From Eledone cirrhosa (lineage: Eukaryota): 64,000 bases of DNA. Shown here piece by piece: positions 21,582 to 37,300 of the stretch. Within the stretch, counting starts at the first letter, position 1. Every line of letters begins with the position of its first letter. A program made the position numbers and the translations under genes. Where the stretch lies: positions 419,058,001 to 419,122,000 of the forward strand of contig OZ024740.1 in assembly GCA_964016885.1 (NCBI GenBank), given 5' to 3'. The notes beneath the pieces were generated by a model that made no database searches, had not been told where the DNA came from, and was given only the letters and a program-made list of their open reading frames with translations.

Positions 21582-21914
21582 GGACGCACATGGCTTAGTG
21601 GTTAGAGCATTGGCCTTGCAATCGAAAGGTTGAGTTGAATTCTCAGACTGGGCGATGTGTTGTTTTCTTGAGCAAGACACTTTATTTCACATTGCTCCAG
21701 TTTACTCAGCTGTAGAAATGAGATGATAGGGGCTGGGGTCCCTATCATTCCTCTGCAAAGTGGTCGTGGAAGTGTCACGGCAAAAAAGCACCCAGCACTC
21801 ACTGTAAATGAGGTTGGTGTTAGGAAGGGCATCCAGCTGTAGAAATCAAGCCAGAATCAGTTCCCGTCCCACCCTTGCAAGCAGGGAAAAGCGGATGTAA
21901 AATGAAATGATGAT
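21582..21914 (+). mobile_element. tRNA-derived CORE-type SINE with RTE-derived tail
   Basis: A box TGGCTTAGTGG, degenerate B box GTTGAATTC; CTTGAGCAAGACACTT..CTCAGCTGTAGAAATG resembles the MIR CORE; 3' part matches RTE UTR ~7143-7235. Confidence 0.85.
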
Positions 21915-21917
21915 AAT

Positions 21918-22024
<107 letters not shown>

Positions 22025-22025
22025 T

Positions 22026-22379
22026 AAGACACAGTTTCCTTTAGCAAGACACTGTTTCCTTGAGCAAGACACTTGTTTCCTTGAGCAAGACACTTTATTT
22101 CACTTTGCTCCAGTTCACTCAGCTGTAGAAATGAGATGATAGGGACTGGGGTCCCTATCATTCCACTGCAAAGTTGTCGTGGAGGTGCCATGGCAAAAAA
22201 GTACCCAGCCCACACTGTAAAGTGGACATGTAGGCGCCACGGAAAAAAAGCACCCAGCACTCACTGTAAATGAGGTTGGTGTTAGGAAAGGCATCCAGCT
22301 GTAGAAATCAACCCAGAATCAGTTCCCGTCCCACCCTTGCAAGCAGAGAAAAGCGGACGTAAAATGAAATGATGAATGA

Positions 22380-22383
<4 letters not shown>
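22026..22383 (+). mobile_element. 5'-truncated copy of the same SINE
   Basis: CORE segment with three tandem copies of gtttccttgagcaagacact, longer RTE-like tail, (atg)n end. Confidence 0.85.
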
Positions 22384-22421
<38 letters not shown>

Positions 22422-22670
22422 GTTATTCCAGGTTGAGTCGGAAGTAACCACAGTAAGTAAGGTACTCAATACATAGCAGAGTATAACAGTTTTAATATAT
22501 GAATGAATTTAATATATGAATGAATGAAACAGTTCTAGTCCTGTAGAATCTCATCTATATTAAAACTATATATATATGTATATATATATACCCATGCTAG
22601 CGTGGAAGAACGGACGTAAAACGGTGATGATGATGATGATGATATATATATATATACATATATATACATG

Positions 22671-23484
22671 GTTTGTTTACCCTAGCGTCCCCTTTATTTA
22701 CGTGTCCCAACGACTCTTTTTAGCCGTTGCTCGCACCAACCTGAGGTATATGGCCTTTAATGCGACGAAATGCCTACGACGGTTGGAAGGCCACTGATGA
22801 GGACAAACTTTTTCATATGTAACCCATTTGCAGCGCCGCAGCTCCATTATTATCATATTTACACATATATTCTTTCCTCCACTGCCACCGTCTTTTTCGT
22901 TCTATGTATCTTTACCCTTTCTAGCAGTCTCTCTCTCTCTGTTAGCCTCTTCCTCACCTTCCACTCACTCATTCTCTGTCACTACCTCTCCTCCTCCCCT
23001 TTCTTCTCGTTTGACCTGTCCGTAATCCTTTTCTCGCGGGCACTTGGCCAAGCCGGTATGAATTTTTTTTTCTCTCTCTCTCTCTCGTCTGCCACTTCAC
23101 AGAACTTATGTTTACCGAATTCGCAGACCAGACCCCTTCTTCCTCCCGTTAGACCTGTGCGAAATTCCTTCCTTGCTCACATTTCAACCAGGTTTGATGG
23201 TCTTTATTCTCTCGTTCACGATTCCACCGAATTTATATTCATAGAAATCTGGGACTTGTTTCCTTCTTCATCACTTTCTGTTGCTTAAACCATTTTGTTT
23301 GTTTACCCTAGCGTCCCCCTTATTTACGTGTCCCAACGACTCTTTTTAGCCATTGCTCGCACCAACCTGAGGTATATGGCCTTTAATGCGACGAAATGCC
23401 TACGACGGTTGGATGGCCACTGATGAGGACAAACTTTTTCATATGTAACCCATTTGCAGCGCCGCAGATCCATTATTATCATAT
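22671..23484 (+). mobile_element. Non-coding element with ~188-bp direct repeats (22671-22858, 23297-23484)
   Basis: Near-identical repeats 626 bp apart flank a pyrimidine-rich spacer; TA-rich flanks; repeats contain CTGATGAG and CGAAA motifs. Confidence 0.7.
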
Positions 23485-23558
23485 ATATACATACATATAT
23501 ATATATCATCATCATCATTTTACGTCTGCTTTTCCCTGCTTGCAAGGGTGGGACGATA

Positions 23559-23903
23559 TATCATCATCATCATCATCATCATCATTTTACGTCTGCTTTT
23601 CCCTGCTTGCAAGGGTGGGACAGGAACTGATACTAGCTTGATTTCTACAGCTGGATGCCCTTTCTAACACCAACCTCATTTACAGTGAGTGCTGGGTGCT
23701 TTTTTGCCGTGGCACCTCCACGACCACTTTGCAGTGGAATGATAGGGACCTCAGTCCCTATCATCTCATTTTTACAGCTGAGTAAACTGGAACAACGTGA
23801 AATAAAGACTCTTGCTCAAGGAAACAACACATCACCCGGTCCGTGAATTGAACTCACAACCTTTCGGTTGCAAGGCCAGTGCTCAAACCACTAAGCCATA
23901 TGC
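23559..23903 (-). mobile_element. CORE-type SINE, reverse orientation
   Basis: Reverse complement homologous to 21582-21914; extra tail stub ~23505-23555; partial older copy ~24780-24897. Confidence 0.85.
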
Positions 23904-24302
23904 ATATATATATATATATACAGTATATATATATATATTTTATTTTATTACATAATAAACAACACAATATAATAATATTGTGTCTATCTTCCACGCTAGC
24001 ATGGGTTAGATGGGAATTGTCCCACTTGAGGCAAGATTGATCGATCCGATTTGATGACAGTGGATCGACTGTCAATATATATATATCATCATCATATATA
24101 TACAGTAGGATCTTACATGCTAAATATGGGAAAATTTCAATCAACTGAGATTGTCCTCACTATTTGAAAACTAAAATCCCCTTTAGGAGTGTTTAGATTT
24201 AAAAACATCAAACAAGGAAGAAAACTCTGACAATTTCTGTTGATACAAATGTTTGGCCTTACAACAAGTGAGCAAGTAATAGGAAAATACATCTGTGTTA
24301 TA

Positions 24303-24485
24303 GGATTGGCAGTATCGGTAGAGGGTCAGATGCCATGCTTTGCAGCACAGAGTTATGTCCCTTTATGGACTGAGTTCAAATCCCACCCAGGTTAACTTTG
24401 CCTTTCATCCTTACAGGGACAATAAAATAAAGTACCAATGTATTGGGTAATTGCTGGCTTTGTACCAAAAGTAGAAACAATTATT
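24303..24485 (+). mobile_element. Second, older tRNA-like SINE family
   Basis: TGGCAGTATCGG (A box-like), GAGTTCAAATCC (B box), then AACTTTGCCTTTCATCC; related truncated copy ~25190-25305. Confidence 0.6.
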
Positions 24486-25305
24486 AACTTTATCCTTATT
24501 GTAGTCAAGCTCTTTAGCAGTACAGGTATGTGTTGAACTTGTCTCAATTTAACGCAAGAATAAGTTCATTTCATTTTCATTGCCAATTCTTTCAGGTAAA
24601 ATATGGATATTAAAACTTACCACCCCCTTTATCATAAAATATATCATATTTCATACCTATAGTGATTGATTAATTGACAAGATCCCAGACCTCATTTACT
24701 GACTGATCAATCAAATCAGACAAAGGAAACAACGTTTCCATTAGTCTTTCCATTGATGATACTATCTACCAGTAACAATTCCTTGCAGATGGAACAATAT
24801 AAAATGAAGTGTCTTGCTCAAGGACATAACACATCACCTGGCCCAGGAATCAAACTCGCAACGTTGGTAGTCCAGTTCTCTAACCACATGCCTTCACGTG
24901 ACTATATAAGAATCATTTACAAATGGAAAGATACAATGCAGTTATTAATAAGAAGAGTTGAAATTAATGTATGTGAGATTTCACAGCTCTAGCATCACTC
25001 CTTCAGAGGCTGACCAAGATACTCTCATGGAATGACAAAATGAGGTTTATTTTTCAACATAGTTTCAGGAAAGAAACAATGCAAATAAGAAGAGTTAAAA
25101 TTAATGCCTGCAAAATTTCACAGCTCTAGCACCACTCTTTATAGACAACCTATGAACTTTTCAGCCTACCCTCGTATCTACTACTAACGAGGCAGTGTGT
25201 TGGCAGGATCATTAGAACATCAGATAAAATACCTTGCAGTATTTAGTTCCAACCCTTTATATTTCTAAGTTCAAATTGTGCCAAAGTCAACTTTGCCATC
25301 TTCCT

Positions 25306-28300
25306 CATCAATATACTAAACTATACCACCCTATATAGTCACTTTAATAAACTATACCTACCCTATATAGTCAATATAATAAACTATACCTACCCTATTT
25401 AGTCAATTTACTAAACTATACCTACCCTATATAGTTAATTTACTAAACTATACCCACCCTATATAGTCAACTATACTATACCCAACCTATATAGTCACTT
25501 TACTAAACTATACCACCCTATATAGTCAACTAAACTATACCACCCTATATAGTCAACTAAACTATACCTACATTATATAGTCAATATACTAAACTATACA
25601 TACCCTATATAGTTAACTAAACTATACCCACCCTATATAGTCACTTTACTAAACTATACCAGACGATATAGTCAATATACTAAACTATACCTACCCTATA
25701 TAGTTAACTAAACTATACCCACCCAATATAGTCACTTTACTAAACTATACCACCCTATATAGTCAATATACTAAACTATACCTACCCTATATAGTTAACT
25801 AAACTATACCAACCCTATATAGTCACTTTACTAAACTATACCACCCTATATAGTCAATATACTAAACTATACCTACCCTATATAGTCAATATACTAAACT
25901 ATACCTACACTATATAGTCAACTAAACTATACCTACCCTATATAGTTGTAGCAGTAGCCTCCCTTGTTGTGACTCATAACCCCAATAGATTAACAACATC
26001 TAGACGGGAAGTAGAACCCTTTCTGTAACTTCCGGTCAGAACTCTATAAAACTAACAACTTTAAGTTCTGATTCTCTCATTTGCCCTTCCGGCGCCTGGC
26101 CTTCGCCAGGCGTCTCGCGTTTGCCTGGCAATCAAAACGGTAACTACTAACTTTGCTTCATTCTTTCATCTATTTCATTGACATGTCAACTATATTGTTA
26201 AATTGTTGATTAAATATTATACACACAAACTATGTCTCCTTGTTACATTCATACAACCCAGTATCTTCGCTATATTGGTAACCCTGACGTGATACGAACA
26301 CGCAGCCGTTCATCGCTATAAGTGGTCACCCCGAAAAAAGGAATAAATAGCAGAATCTGGTGTTGTGAGTAGCATTACGAATACACAGCAAATTTATTGA
26401 CAAACTATGAAAATACTCAGTAAAAGAAACGAACACACCACGCACATGTGAAATTTTCGCACAGACAGACTTTTTCTCTCACGCATCAACTAACTGTCGC
26501 ATTTCACGATATATATATATGTTTCTCGTTTCTTACAACGAACACTTTCAAAGAAAAAAAAAAAAAAAAAAAAAAAAGAAATTTGATATTCTTTAAAAAA
26601 CATTTCAACAGGAACATTTATTTTCGATGACCATTGCCTTTTTTTTTTTTTTTCATCGTTTTCTTCATCGTTCAAGTTTTTTTTTCCAAAGTTCACACCA
26701 ATAATTATGCTAAGTGAAGCCTTTCTTTTTCATCATGGTCACTTTCACAATTGCACTATCATTTTCTCGCGCGTTAGAAATATTATTTTTTCAACCTAAC
26801 TTAACCTTGTATTGGCACGTGTAGGCAGCACAAATTCTCGACTCACAGAGATAGCCGCACGCCAGAGATAACGTTTCTCGCCAAGGATTCTTCAGCCTTA
26901 AGCTATATTCTCCTTTAAAAATTTACCACGTAAATTTGCCGTTGAAAACTGCGCATTTATTCAGAATGCTTATTTCTTTGGTCGCTGGCCTCTTGACCCT
27001 TCCAGGTCAACGCATTCTCAACATCGACCATCAACTTCGGCTGTTATTTCTAGCACTTTGCGCAACTCATTTTTTCTGAAAAAAAATTTTTTACTGTGAA
27101 TTTAAACACCGAATACGCTCACTCCGCGAAACAACAACATCAACACAGCTTCACCAACAACCAAAACCAGCAGAACAAGCCAGAGAATTTATTTTTGCAG
27201 CACTCTTCCTGTGAGAAAATCCATTCGGAGGTTGGAAATTTCACGATATACCACAGAACAGAAACCACCTGCATTCATTCTCTGGAACACACTTTCTTTC
27301 CTGCTGTCATGTGATTGCACACCTGTGAACTATATTTTGTACATTTGAACTTTGAGCTCTTCACTTACTTTATTACATTGTATCTTTGGGTGATGGATAG
27401 ATAGATGTCCAGTCGTTCTCTGGCCAAGAGCGGTTGGCTACCTTGATATCTATCATTGATTTTTGCAAACATTCTTTTATCGTAATTTTCATGCCTGTTA
27501 CAACATTCTCGCCAACTTGCTACATATTTCATTCGATTTTTATATTCTAAAATTCTGGCGGGAGGTTATCTAGCAGTAGCCTCCCTTGTTGTGACTCATA
27601 ACCCCAATAGATTAACAACATCTAGACGGGAAGTAGAACCCTTTCTGTAACTTCCGGTCAGAACTCTATAAAACTAACAACTTTAAGTTCTGATTCTCTC
27701 ATTTGCCCTTCCGGCGCCTGGCCTTCGCCAGGCATCTCGCGTTTGCCTGGCAATCAAAACGGTAACTACTAACTTTGCTTAATTCTTTCATCTATTTCAT
27801 TGACATGTCAACTATACTGTTAAATTGTTGATTAAATATTATACACACAAACTATGTCTCCTTGTTACATTCATACAACCCAGTATCTTCGCTATATAGT
27901 CAACTAAACTATACCTACCCTATATAGTCAATATACTAAACTATACCACCTTATAAAGTCAACTAAACTATACCTACCCTATATAGTCAATATACTAAAC
28001 TATACCCACCCTATATAGTCAACTAAACTATACCACCCTATATAGACAATATACTAAACTATACCACCCTATATAGTCAACTAAACTATACCCACCCTAT
28101 ATAGTCAATATACTAAACTATATCCACTCTATATAGTCAACTAAACTATAGCTACCCTATATAGTCAACTAAACTATACCACCCTATAGAGTCAATATAC
28201 TAAACTATATCCACTCTATATAGTCAACTAAACTATAGCTACCCTATATAGTCAGCTAAACTATACCCACCCTATATATTCACTTTACTAAACTATACCC

Positions 28301-31300
28301 ACCCTATATAGTCAATATACTAAACTATACAACCCTATATAGTCAATATACTAAACTACACCACCCTATATAGTCAACTAAATTATACCCACCCTATATA
28401 GTCACTTTACTAAACTATACCAACCCTATATAGTCAACTAAACTATACCACCCTATATAGTAAATATACTAAACTATACCTACCCTATATAGTCAACTAA
28501 ACTATAATTACCCTATATAGTCAACTAAACTATACCCACCTTATATAGTCAACTAAATTATACCTACCCTATATAGTCAACTAAACTATACCTACACTAT
28601 ATAGTTAACTAAACTATACCCACATTATATAGTCAACTAAACTATAACCACCCTATATATTCAACTAAACTATACCCAAACTATATAGTTAACTAAACTA
28701 TACCTACCCTATATTGACAATATACTAAACTATACCCACCCTATATAGTCAACTAAACTATACCTACCCTATATAGTAAATATACTAATCTATACCTACT
28801 CTATATAGTCAACTAAACTATAACTACCCTATATATTCAACTAAACTATACCTACCCTATATATTCAACTAAACTATACCACCCTATATAGTCAACTAAA
28901 CTATACCTACCCTATGTATTCAACTAAACTATGCCTACCCTATATAGTCAATATAATAAATTGTACCACCCTATATAGTCAATATACTAAACTATACCCA
29001 CCCTATATAGTCAACTAAACTATACCACCCTATATAGTCGATATACTAAACTATACCTTCACTATATAGTCAACTAAACTATACCTACCCTATATAGTCA
29101 ATATACTAAACTATACCTGCCCTATATAGTCAACTAAACTATACCACCCTATATAGTCAACTAAACTATACCTACCCTATATAGTCAATATACTAAATTA
29201 TTCCCACCCTATATAGTCAACTAAATTATACCACCCTATATAGTCAACTAAACTATACCTACCCTATATAGTCAATATACTAAATTATTCCCACCCTATA
29301 TAGTCAACTAAACTATACCTACCCTATATAGTCAATATACTAAATTATTCCCACCCTATATAGTCAACTAAACTATACCACACTATATAGTTAACTAAAC
29401 TATACCTACCTTATAAAGTCAACTAAACTATACGTACCTTATATAGTCAACTAAACTATAGCTACCCTATATAGTTAATTAAACTATACCTACCCTATAT
29501 ATTTAAGTAAACTATACCACACTCTATAGTCAATATACTAAACTATACCACGCTATATAGTCAATATACTAAACTATACCTGCCTTATAAAGTCAACTAA
29601 ACTATACCTACCCTACATAGTCAACTAAACTATACCTACCCTATATAGTCAACTAAACTATACCCACCCTATATAGTAAATAAAAATTACTATCCTATAT
29701 AGTCAATATACTAAACTATACGTACCTTATATAGTCAACTAAACTATACCTACACTATATAGTCAACTAAACTATACCACCCTATATAGTCACTTTACTA
29801 AACTATACCCACCCTATATAGTCAACTAAACTATATCACCCTATATAGTAAATATACTAAACTATAACTACACTATATAGACAACTAAACTATACCTACC
29901 CTATATAGTCAACTAAACTATACCTACCCTATATAGTCAACTAAACTATACCCACCTTATATATTCAACTAAACTATACCCACACTATATAGTCAACTAA
30001 ACTATACCCACCCTATATAGTTAACTAAACTATACCTACCCTATATAGTCAATATACTAAACTAGACCCACCCTAAATAGTCAACTAAACTATACCTACC
30101 CTATATAGTAACTTTACTAAACTATACCCAACCTATATAGTAAATATACTGAACAATACCTACCCTATATATTCAACTAAATTATACCTACCCTATATAG
30201 TCAACTAAATTATACCTACCCTATATATTCAACTAAACTATACCACCCTATATAGTCAATATACTAAACTATACGCACCCTATATAGTCAACTAAACTAT
30301 ACCACCCTATATAGTCAATATACTAAACTATACCTACACTATATAGTCAACTAAACTATACCTACCCTATATGGTCAATATACTAAACTATACCCACCCT
30401 ATATAGTCACCTAAGCAATACCACCCTATATAGTCAATATACTAAACTATACCTACACTATATAGTCAACTAAACTATACCTACCCTATATGGTCAATAT
30501 ACTAAACTATACCCACCCTATATAGTCACCTAAGCAATACCACCCTATATAGTCAATATACTAAACTATACCTACCCTATATAGTCAACTAAACTATACC
30601 TACCCTATATAGTCAACTAAACTATACCTACCCTATATGGTCAATATACTAAACTATACCCACCCTATATAGTCACCTAAGCAATACCACCCTATATAGT
30701 CAATATACTAAACTATACCCACCTTATATAGTTAACTAAACTATACCCACCCTATATAGTCAACTAAACTATACCTACCCTATATAGATAACTAAACTAT
30801 ACTTACCCTATATAGTTAATTAAACTATACCTACCCTATATAGTTAACTAAACTATACCACCCTATATAGTCAATATACTAAACTATGCCACCCTATATA
30901 TTCAATATACTAAACTATACCTACCTTATAAAGTCAACTAAACTATACCCACCCTATATAGTCAACTAAACTATACCCACACTATATAGTCAACTAAACT
31001 ATACCTACCCTATATAGTCAATATACTAAACTATACCCACCCTATATAGTCAACTAAACTATACCACCCTATATAGTCAATATACTAAACTATACCTACC
31101 CTATATAGTCAACTAAACTATACCACCCTATATAGTCAATATACTAAACTATACCCACCCTATATAGTCAACTAAACTATACCTACCCTATATAGTCAAC
31201 TAAACTATACCTACCCTATATAGTTAACTAAATTATACCCACCCTACATAGTCAACTAAACTATACCCACCCTATATAGTCAATATATTAAACTATACCC

Positions 31301-34300
31301 ACTCTATATAGTCAACTAAACTATAGCTACCTTATATAGTCAACTAAACTATACCACCCTATATAGTCAATATATTAAACTATACCCACTCTATATAGTC
31401 AACTAAACTATAGCTACCTTATATAGTAAACTAAACTATACCACCCTATATAGTCAATACTCTAAACTATACCCACCCTATATAGTCAACTAAACTATAA
31501 CCACCCTATATATTCAGTTTACTAAACTATACCTAACCTACATAGTCAACTAAACTATACCTACCTTATAGAGTCAACTAAACTATACCTACCCTATACA
31601 GTTAACAAAACTATACCTACCCTATATAGTAAATAAACTAAACTATACCACCTTATATAGTCAATTAAACTATACCTACCCTATATAGTAAACTAAACTA
31701 TACCACCCTATATAGTCAATATACTAAACTATACCTACACTATATAGTCAACTAAACTATACCTGCCCTATATAGTCAATATACTAAACTATACCTACAC
31801 TATATAGTCAACTAAAGTATACCTTCCCTATATAGTCAACTAAACTATACCTACCCTATATAGTCAACTAAACTATAGTTTAATTAACTATATAGGGTAG
31901 GTACCCTATATAGTTAATTAAACTATACCTACCCTATATAGTTAACTAAACTATACCACCATATATAGTCAATATACTAAACTATACCACCCTATATAGT
32001 CAATATACTAAACTATACCCACCCTATATAGTCAACTAAGCTATACCTACCTTATATAGTCAACTAAACTATACCTACCCTATATAGTTAACTAAACTAT
32101 ACCTACCTATATAGTCAACTAAACTATACCTACCCTATATAGTTAACTAAACAATACCCACCTATATAGTCAACTAAACTATACCTACCCTATATAGTAA
32201 ACAAAACTATACCTACCCTATATAGTAAATAAACTAAACTATACCACCTTATATAGTCAACTAAACTATACCTACCCTATATAGTAAACTAAACTATACC
32301 ACACTATATAGTCAATATACTAAACTATACCTACACTATATAGTCAACTAAACTATAACTGCCCTATATAGTCAATATACTAAACTATACCTACACTATA
32401 TAGTCAACTAAACTATACCTGCCCTATATAGTCAATATACTAAACTATACCTACCTCTATATAGTCAACTAAACTATACCACCCTATATAGTCAATATAC
32501 TAAACTATACCTACCTTATAGAGTCAACAAAACTATACCTGCCCTACATAGTCAACTAAACTATACCTACCCTATATAGTCAACTAAACTATACCCACCC
32601 TATATAGTCAGTATACTAAACTATACACACTCTATATAGTCAACTAAACTATACCTACCCTATATAGTCAATATACTAAAGTATAGCACCTTATATAGTC
32701 AACTAAACTATACCTACCCTATATAGTCAATATACTAAAGTATAGCACCTTATATAGTCAACTAAACTATACCCACCCTATATAGACAATATACTAAACT
32801 ATACCACCCTATATAGTCAATATACTAAACTATACCACCCTATATAGTCAATATACTAAACTATACCACCCTATATAGTCAATATACTAAACCCTACCTA
32901 CCCTATATAGTTAACTAAACTATACCCACCCTATATAGTCAACTAAACTATACCACCCTATATAGTAAATATACTAAACTATACCTACCCTATATAGACA
33001 ACTAAACTATACCTACCCTATATAGTCAACTAAACTATACCTACCTATATAGTCAACTAAACTATACCTACCCTATATAGTCAACTAATCTATACCCACC
33101 TTATATATTCAACTAAACTATACCCACCCTATATAGTCAACTAAACTATACCCACCCTATATAGTTAACTAAACTATACCTACCCTATATAGTCAATATA
33201 CTAAACTATACCTGCCCTAAATAGTCAACTAAACTATACCTACCCTATATAGTAACTTTACTAAACTATACCCAACCTATATAGTAAATATACTGAACAA
33301 TACCTACCCTATATATTCAACTAAACTATACCTACCCTATATAGTCAACTAAACTATACCTACACTATATAGTCAACTAAACTATACCTACCCTATATGG
33401 TCAATATACTAAACTATACCCACCCTATATAGTCAACTAAACAATACCTCCCTATATAGTTAATTAAACTATACCTACCCTATATAGTTAACTAAACTAT
33501 ACCACCATATATAGTCAATATACTAAACTATACCTACCCTATATAGTCAACTAAACTATACCAGACTATATAGTCAATATACTAAACTATACCTACCCTA
33601 TATAGTTAACTAAACTATACCCACCTAAATAGTCAACTAAAGTATACCTTCCCTATATAGTCAACTAAACTATACCTACCCTATATAGTCAACTAAACTA
33701 TACCTACCCTATATAGTTAATTAAACTATACCTACCCTATATAGTTAACTAAACTATACCACCATATATAGTCAATGTACTAAACTATACCACCCTACAT
33801 AGTCAATATACTAAACTATACCCACCCTATATAGTCAACTAAGCTATACCTACCTTATATAGTCAACTAAACTATACCTACCCTATATAGTTAACTAAAC
33901 TATACCACCTTATATAGTCAACTAAACTATACCTACCCTATATAGTAAACTAAACTATACCACCCTATATAGTCAATATACTAAACTATACCTACACTAT
34001 ATAGTCAACTAAACTATACCTGCCCTATATAGTCAATATACTAAACTATACCTACACTATATAGTCAACTAAACTATACCTGCCCTATATAGTCAATATA
34101 CTAAACTATACCTACCTCTATATAGTCAACTAAACTATACCACCCTATATAGTCAATATACTAAACTATACCTACCTTATAAAGTCAACAAAACTATACC
34201 TACCCTACATAGTCAACTAAACTATACCCACCCTATATAGTCAGTATACTAAACTATACCCACTCTATATAGTCAACTAAACTATACCTACCCTATATAG

Positions 34301-37300
34301 TCAATATACTAAAGTATAGCACCTTATATAGTCAACTAAACTATACCTACCCTATATGGTCAACTAAACTATACCCACCCTATATAGACAATATACTAAA
34401 CTATACCACCCTATATAGTCAATATACTAAACTATACCACCCTATATAGTCAATATACTAAACTATACCACCCTATATAGTAAATATACTAAACCCTACC
34501 TACCCTATATAATTAACTAAACTATACCCACCCTATATAGTCAACTAAACTATACCACCCTATATAGTAAATATACTAAACTATACCTACCCTATATAGA
34601 CAACTAAACTATACCTACCCTATATAGTCAACTAAACTATACCTACCTATATAGTCAACTTATCTATACCTACCCTATATAGTCAACTAATCTATACACA
34701 CCTTATATATTCAACTAAACAATACCCACCCTATATAGTCAACTAAACTATACCCACCCTATATAGTTAACTAAACTATACCTACCCTATATAGTCAATA
34801 TACTAAACTATACCTGCCCTAAATAGTCAACTAAACTATACCTACCCTATATAGTAACTTTACTAAACTATACCCAACCTATATAGTAAATATACTGAAC
34901 AATACCTACCCTATATATTCAACTAAACTATACCTACCCTATATAGTCAATTAAACTATACCTACACTATATAGTCAACTAAACTATACCTACCCTATAT
35001 GGTCAATATACTAAACTATACCCACCCTATATAGTCAACTAAACTATACCTACCCTATATAGTCAACTAAACTATACCTACCCTATATAGTTAACTAAAC
35101 TATACCCACCCTACATAGTCAACTAAACTATACCCACCCTATATAGTCAATATATTAAACTATACCCACTCTATATAGTCAACTAAACTATAGCTACCTT
35201 ATATAGTCAACTAAACTATACCACCCTATATAGTCAATATATTAAACTATACCCACTCTATATAGTCAACTAAACTATACCACCCTATATAGTCAATATA
35301 CTAAACTATACCCACCCTATATAGTCAACTAAGCTATACCTACCTTATATAGTCAACTAAACTATACCTACCCTATATAGTTAACTAAACTATACCCACC
35401 TATATAGTCAACTAAACTATACCTACCCTATATAGTTAACAAAACTATGCCTACCCTATATAGTAAATAAACTAAACTATACCACCTTATATAGTCAACT
35501 AAACTATACCTACCCTATATAGTAAACTAAACTATACCACCCTATATAGTCAATATACTAAACTATACCTACACTATATAGTCAACTAAACTATACCTGC
35601 CCTATATAGTCAATATACTAAACTATACCTACACTATATAGTCAACTAAACTATACCTGCCCTATATAGTCAATATACTAAACTATACCTGCCCTAAATA
35701 GTCAACTAAACTATACCACCCTATATAGTCAATATACTAAACTATACCTACCTTATAAAGTCAACAAAACTATACCTTCCCTACATAGTCAACTAAACAA
35801 TACCTACCCTATATAGTCAACTAAACTATACCCACCCTATATAGTCAGTATACTAAACTATACCCACTCTATATAGTCAACTAAACTATACCTACCCTAT
35901 ATAGTCAATATACTAAAGTATAGCACCTTATATAGTCAACTAAACTATACCTACCCTATATGGTCAACTAAACTATACCCACCCTATATAGACAATATAC
36001 TAAACTATACCACCCTATATAGTCAATATACTAAACTATACCACCCTATATAGTCAATATACTAAATTATACCACCCTATATAGTCAATATACTAAACCC
36101 TACCTACCCTATATAGTTAACTAAACTATACCCACCCTATATAGTCAACTAAACTATACCACCCTATATAGTAAATATACTAAACTATACCTACCCTATA
36201 TAGACAACTAAACTATACCTACCCTATATAGTCAACTAAACTATACCTACCTATATAGTCAACTAAACTATACCTACCCTATATGGTCAATATACTAAAC
36301 TATACCCACCCTATATAGTCAACTAAACAATACCACCCTATATAGTCAATATACTAAACTATACCTGCCCTATATAGTCAACTAAACTATACCAGACTAT
36401 ATAGTCAATATACTAAACTATACCCACCCTATATAGTCAACTAAACTATACCTACCCTATATAGTCAACTAAACTATACCTACCCTATATAGATAACTAA
36501 ACTATACCTACCCTATATAGTTAATTAAACTATACCTACCCTATATAGTTAACTAAACTATAGCACCCTATATAGTCAATATACTAAACTATACCACCTC
36601 ATTTAGTCAACTAAACTATACCTACCCTAAATAGTCAACTAAACTATACCACCCTATATAGTCAATATAATAAACTGTACCTACACTATATAGTCAACTA
36701 AACTATACCTTCCCTAGATAGTCAATATACTAAACTATACCTACCCTATATAGTTAACTATACTATACCCACACTATATAGTCAACTAAACTATACCTAC
36801 CCTATATAGTCAATATACTAAACTATACATACCCTATATAGTTAACTATACTATACCCACACTATATAGTCAACTAAACTATACCCACCATATATAGTCA
36901 ATATACTAAACTATACCCACTCTATATAGTCAACTAAACGATACATACCCTATATAGTCAATATACTAAACTATACCTACCCTATATAGTTAACTATACT
37001 ATACTCACACTATATAGTCAACTAAACTATATCTACCCTATATAGTCAATTAAACTATAGCTACTCTATATAGTCAACTGAACTATACCCACCATATATA
37101 GTCAATATACTAAACTATACCTACCCTATATAGTCAACTAAACTATACCTACACTATGTAGTTAACTGAACTATACCCACCCTATATAGTCAATACACTA
37201 AACTATACCCGCTCTATATAGTTAACTAAACTATAGCTACCCTATATAGTAAATACACTAAACTATACCCACCCTATATATTCACTTTACCCAAACTATA

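Noticed and set aside
21582-21655. tRNA gene
   Set aside because: Degenerate B box, continues into CORE and LINE tail; it is a SINE head.
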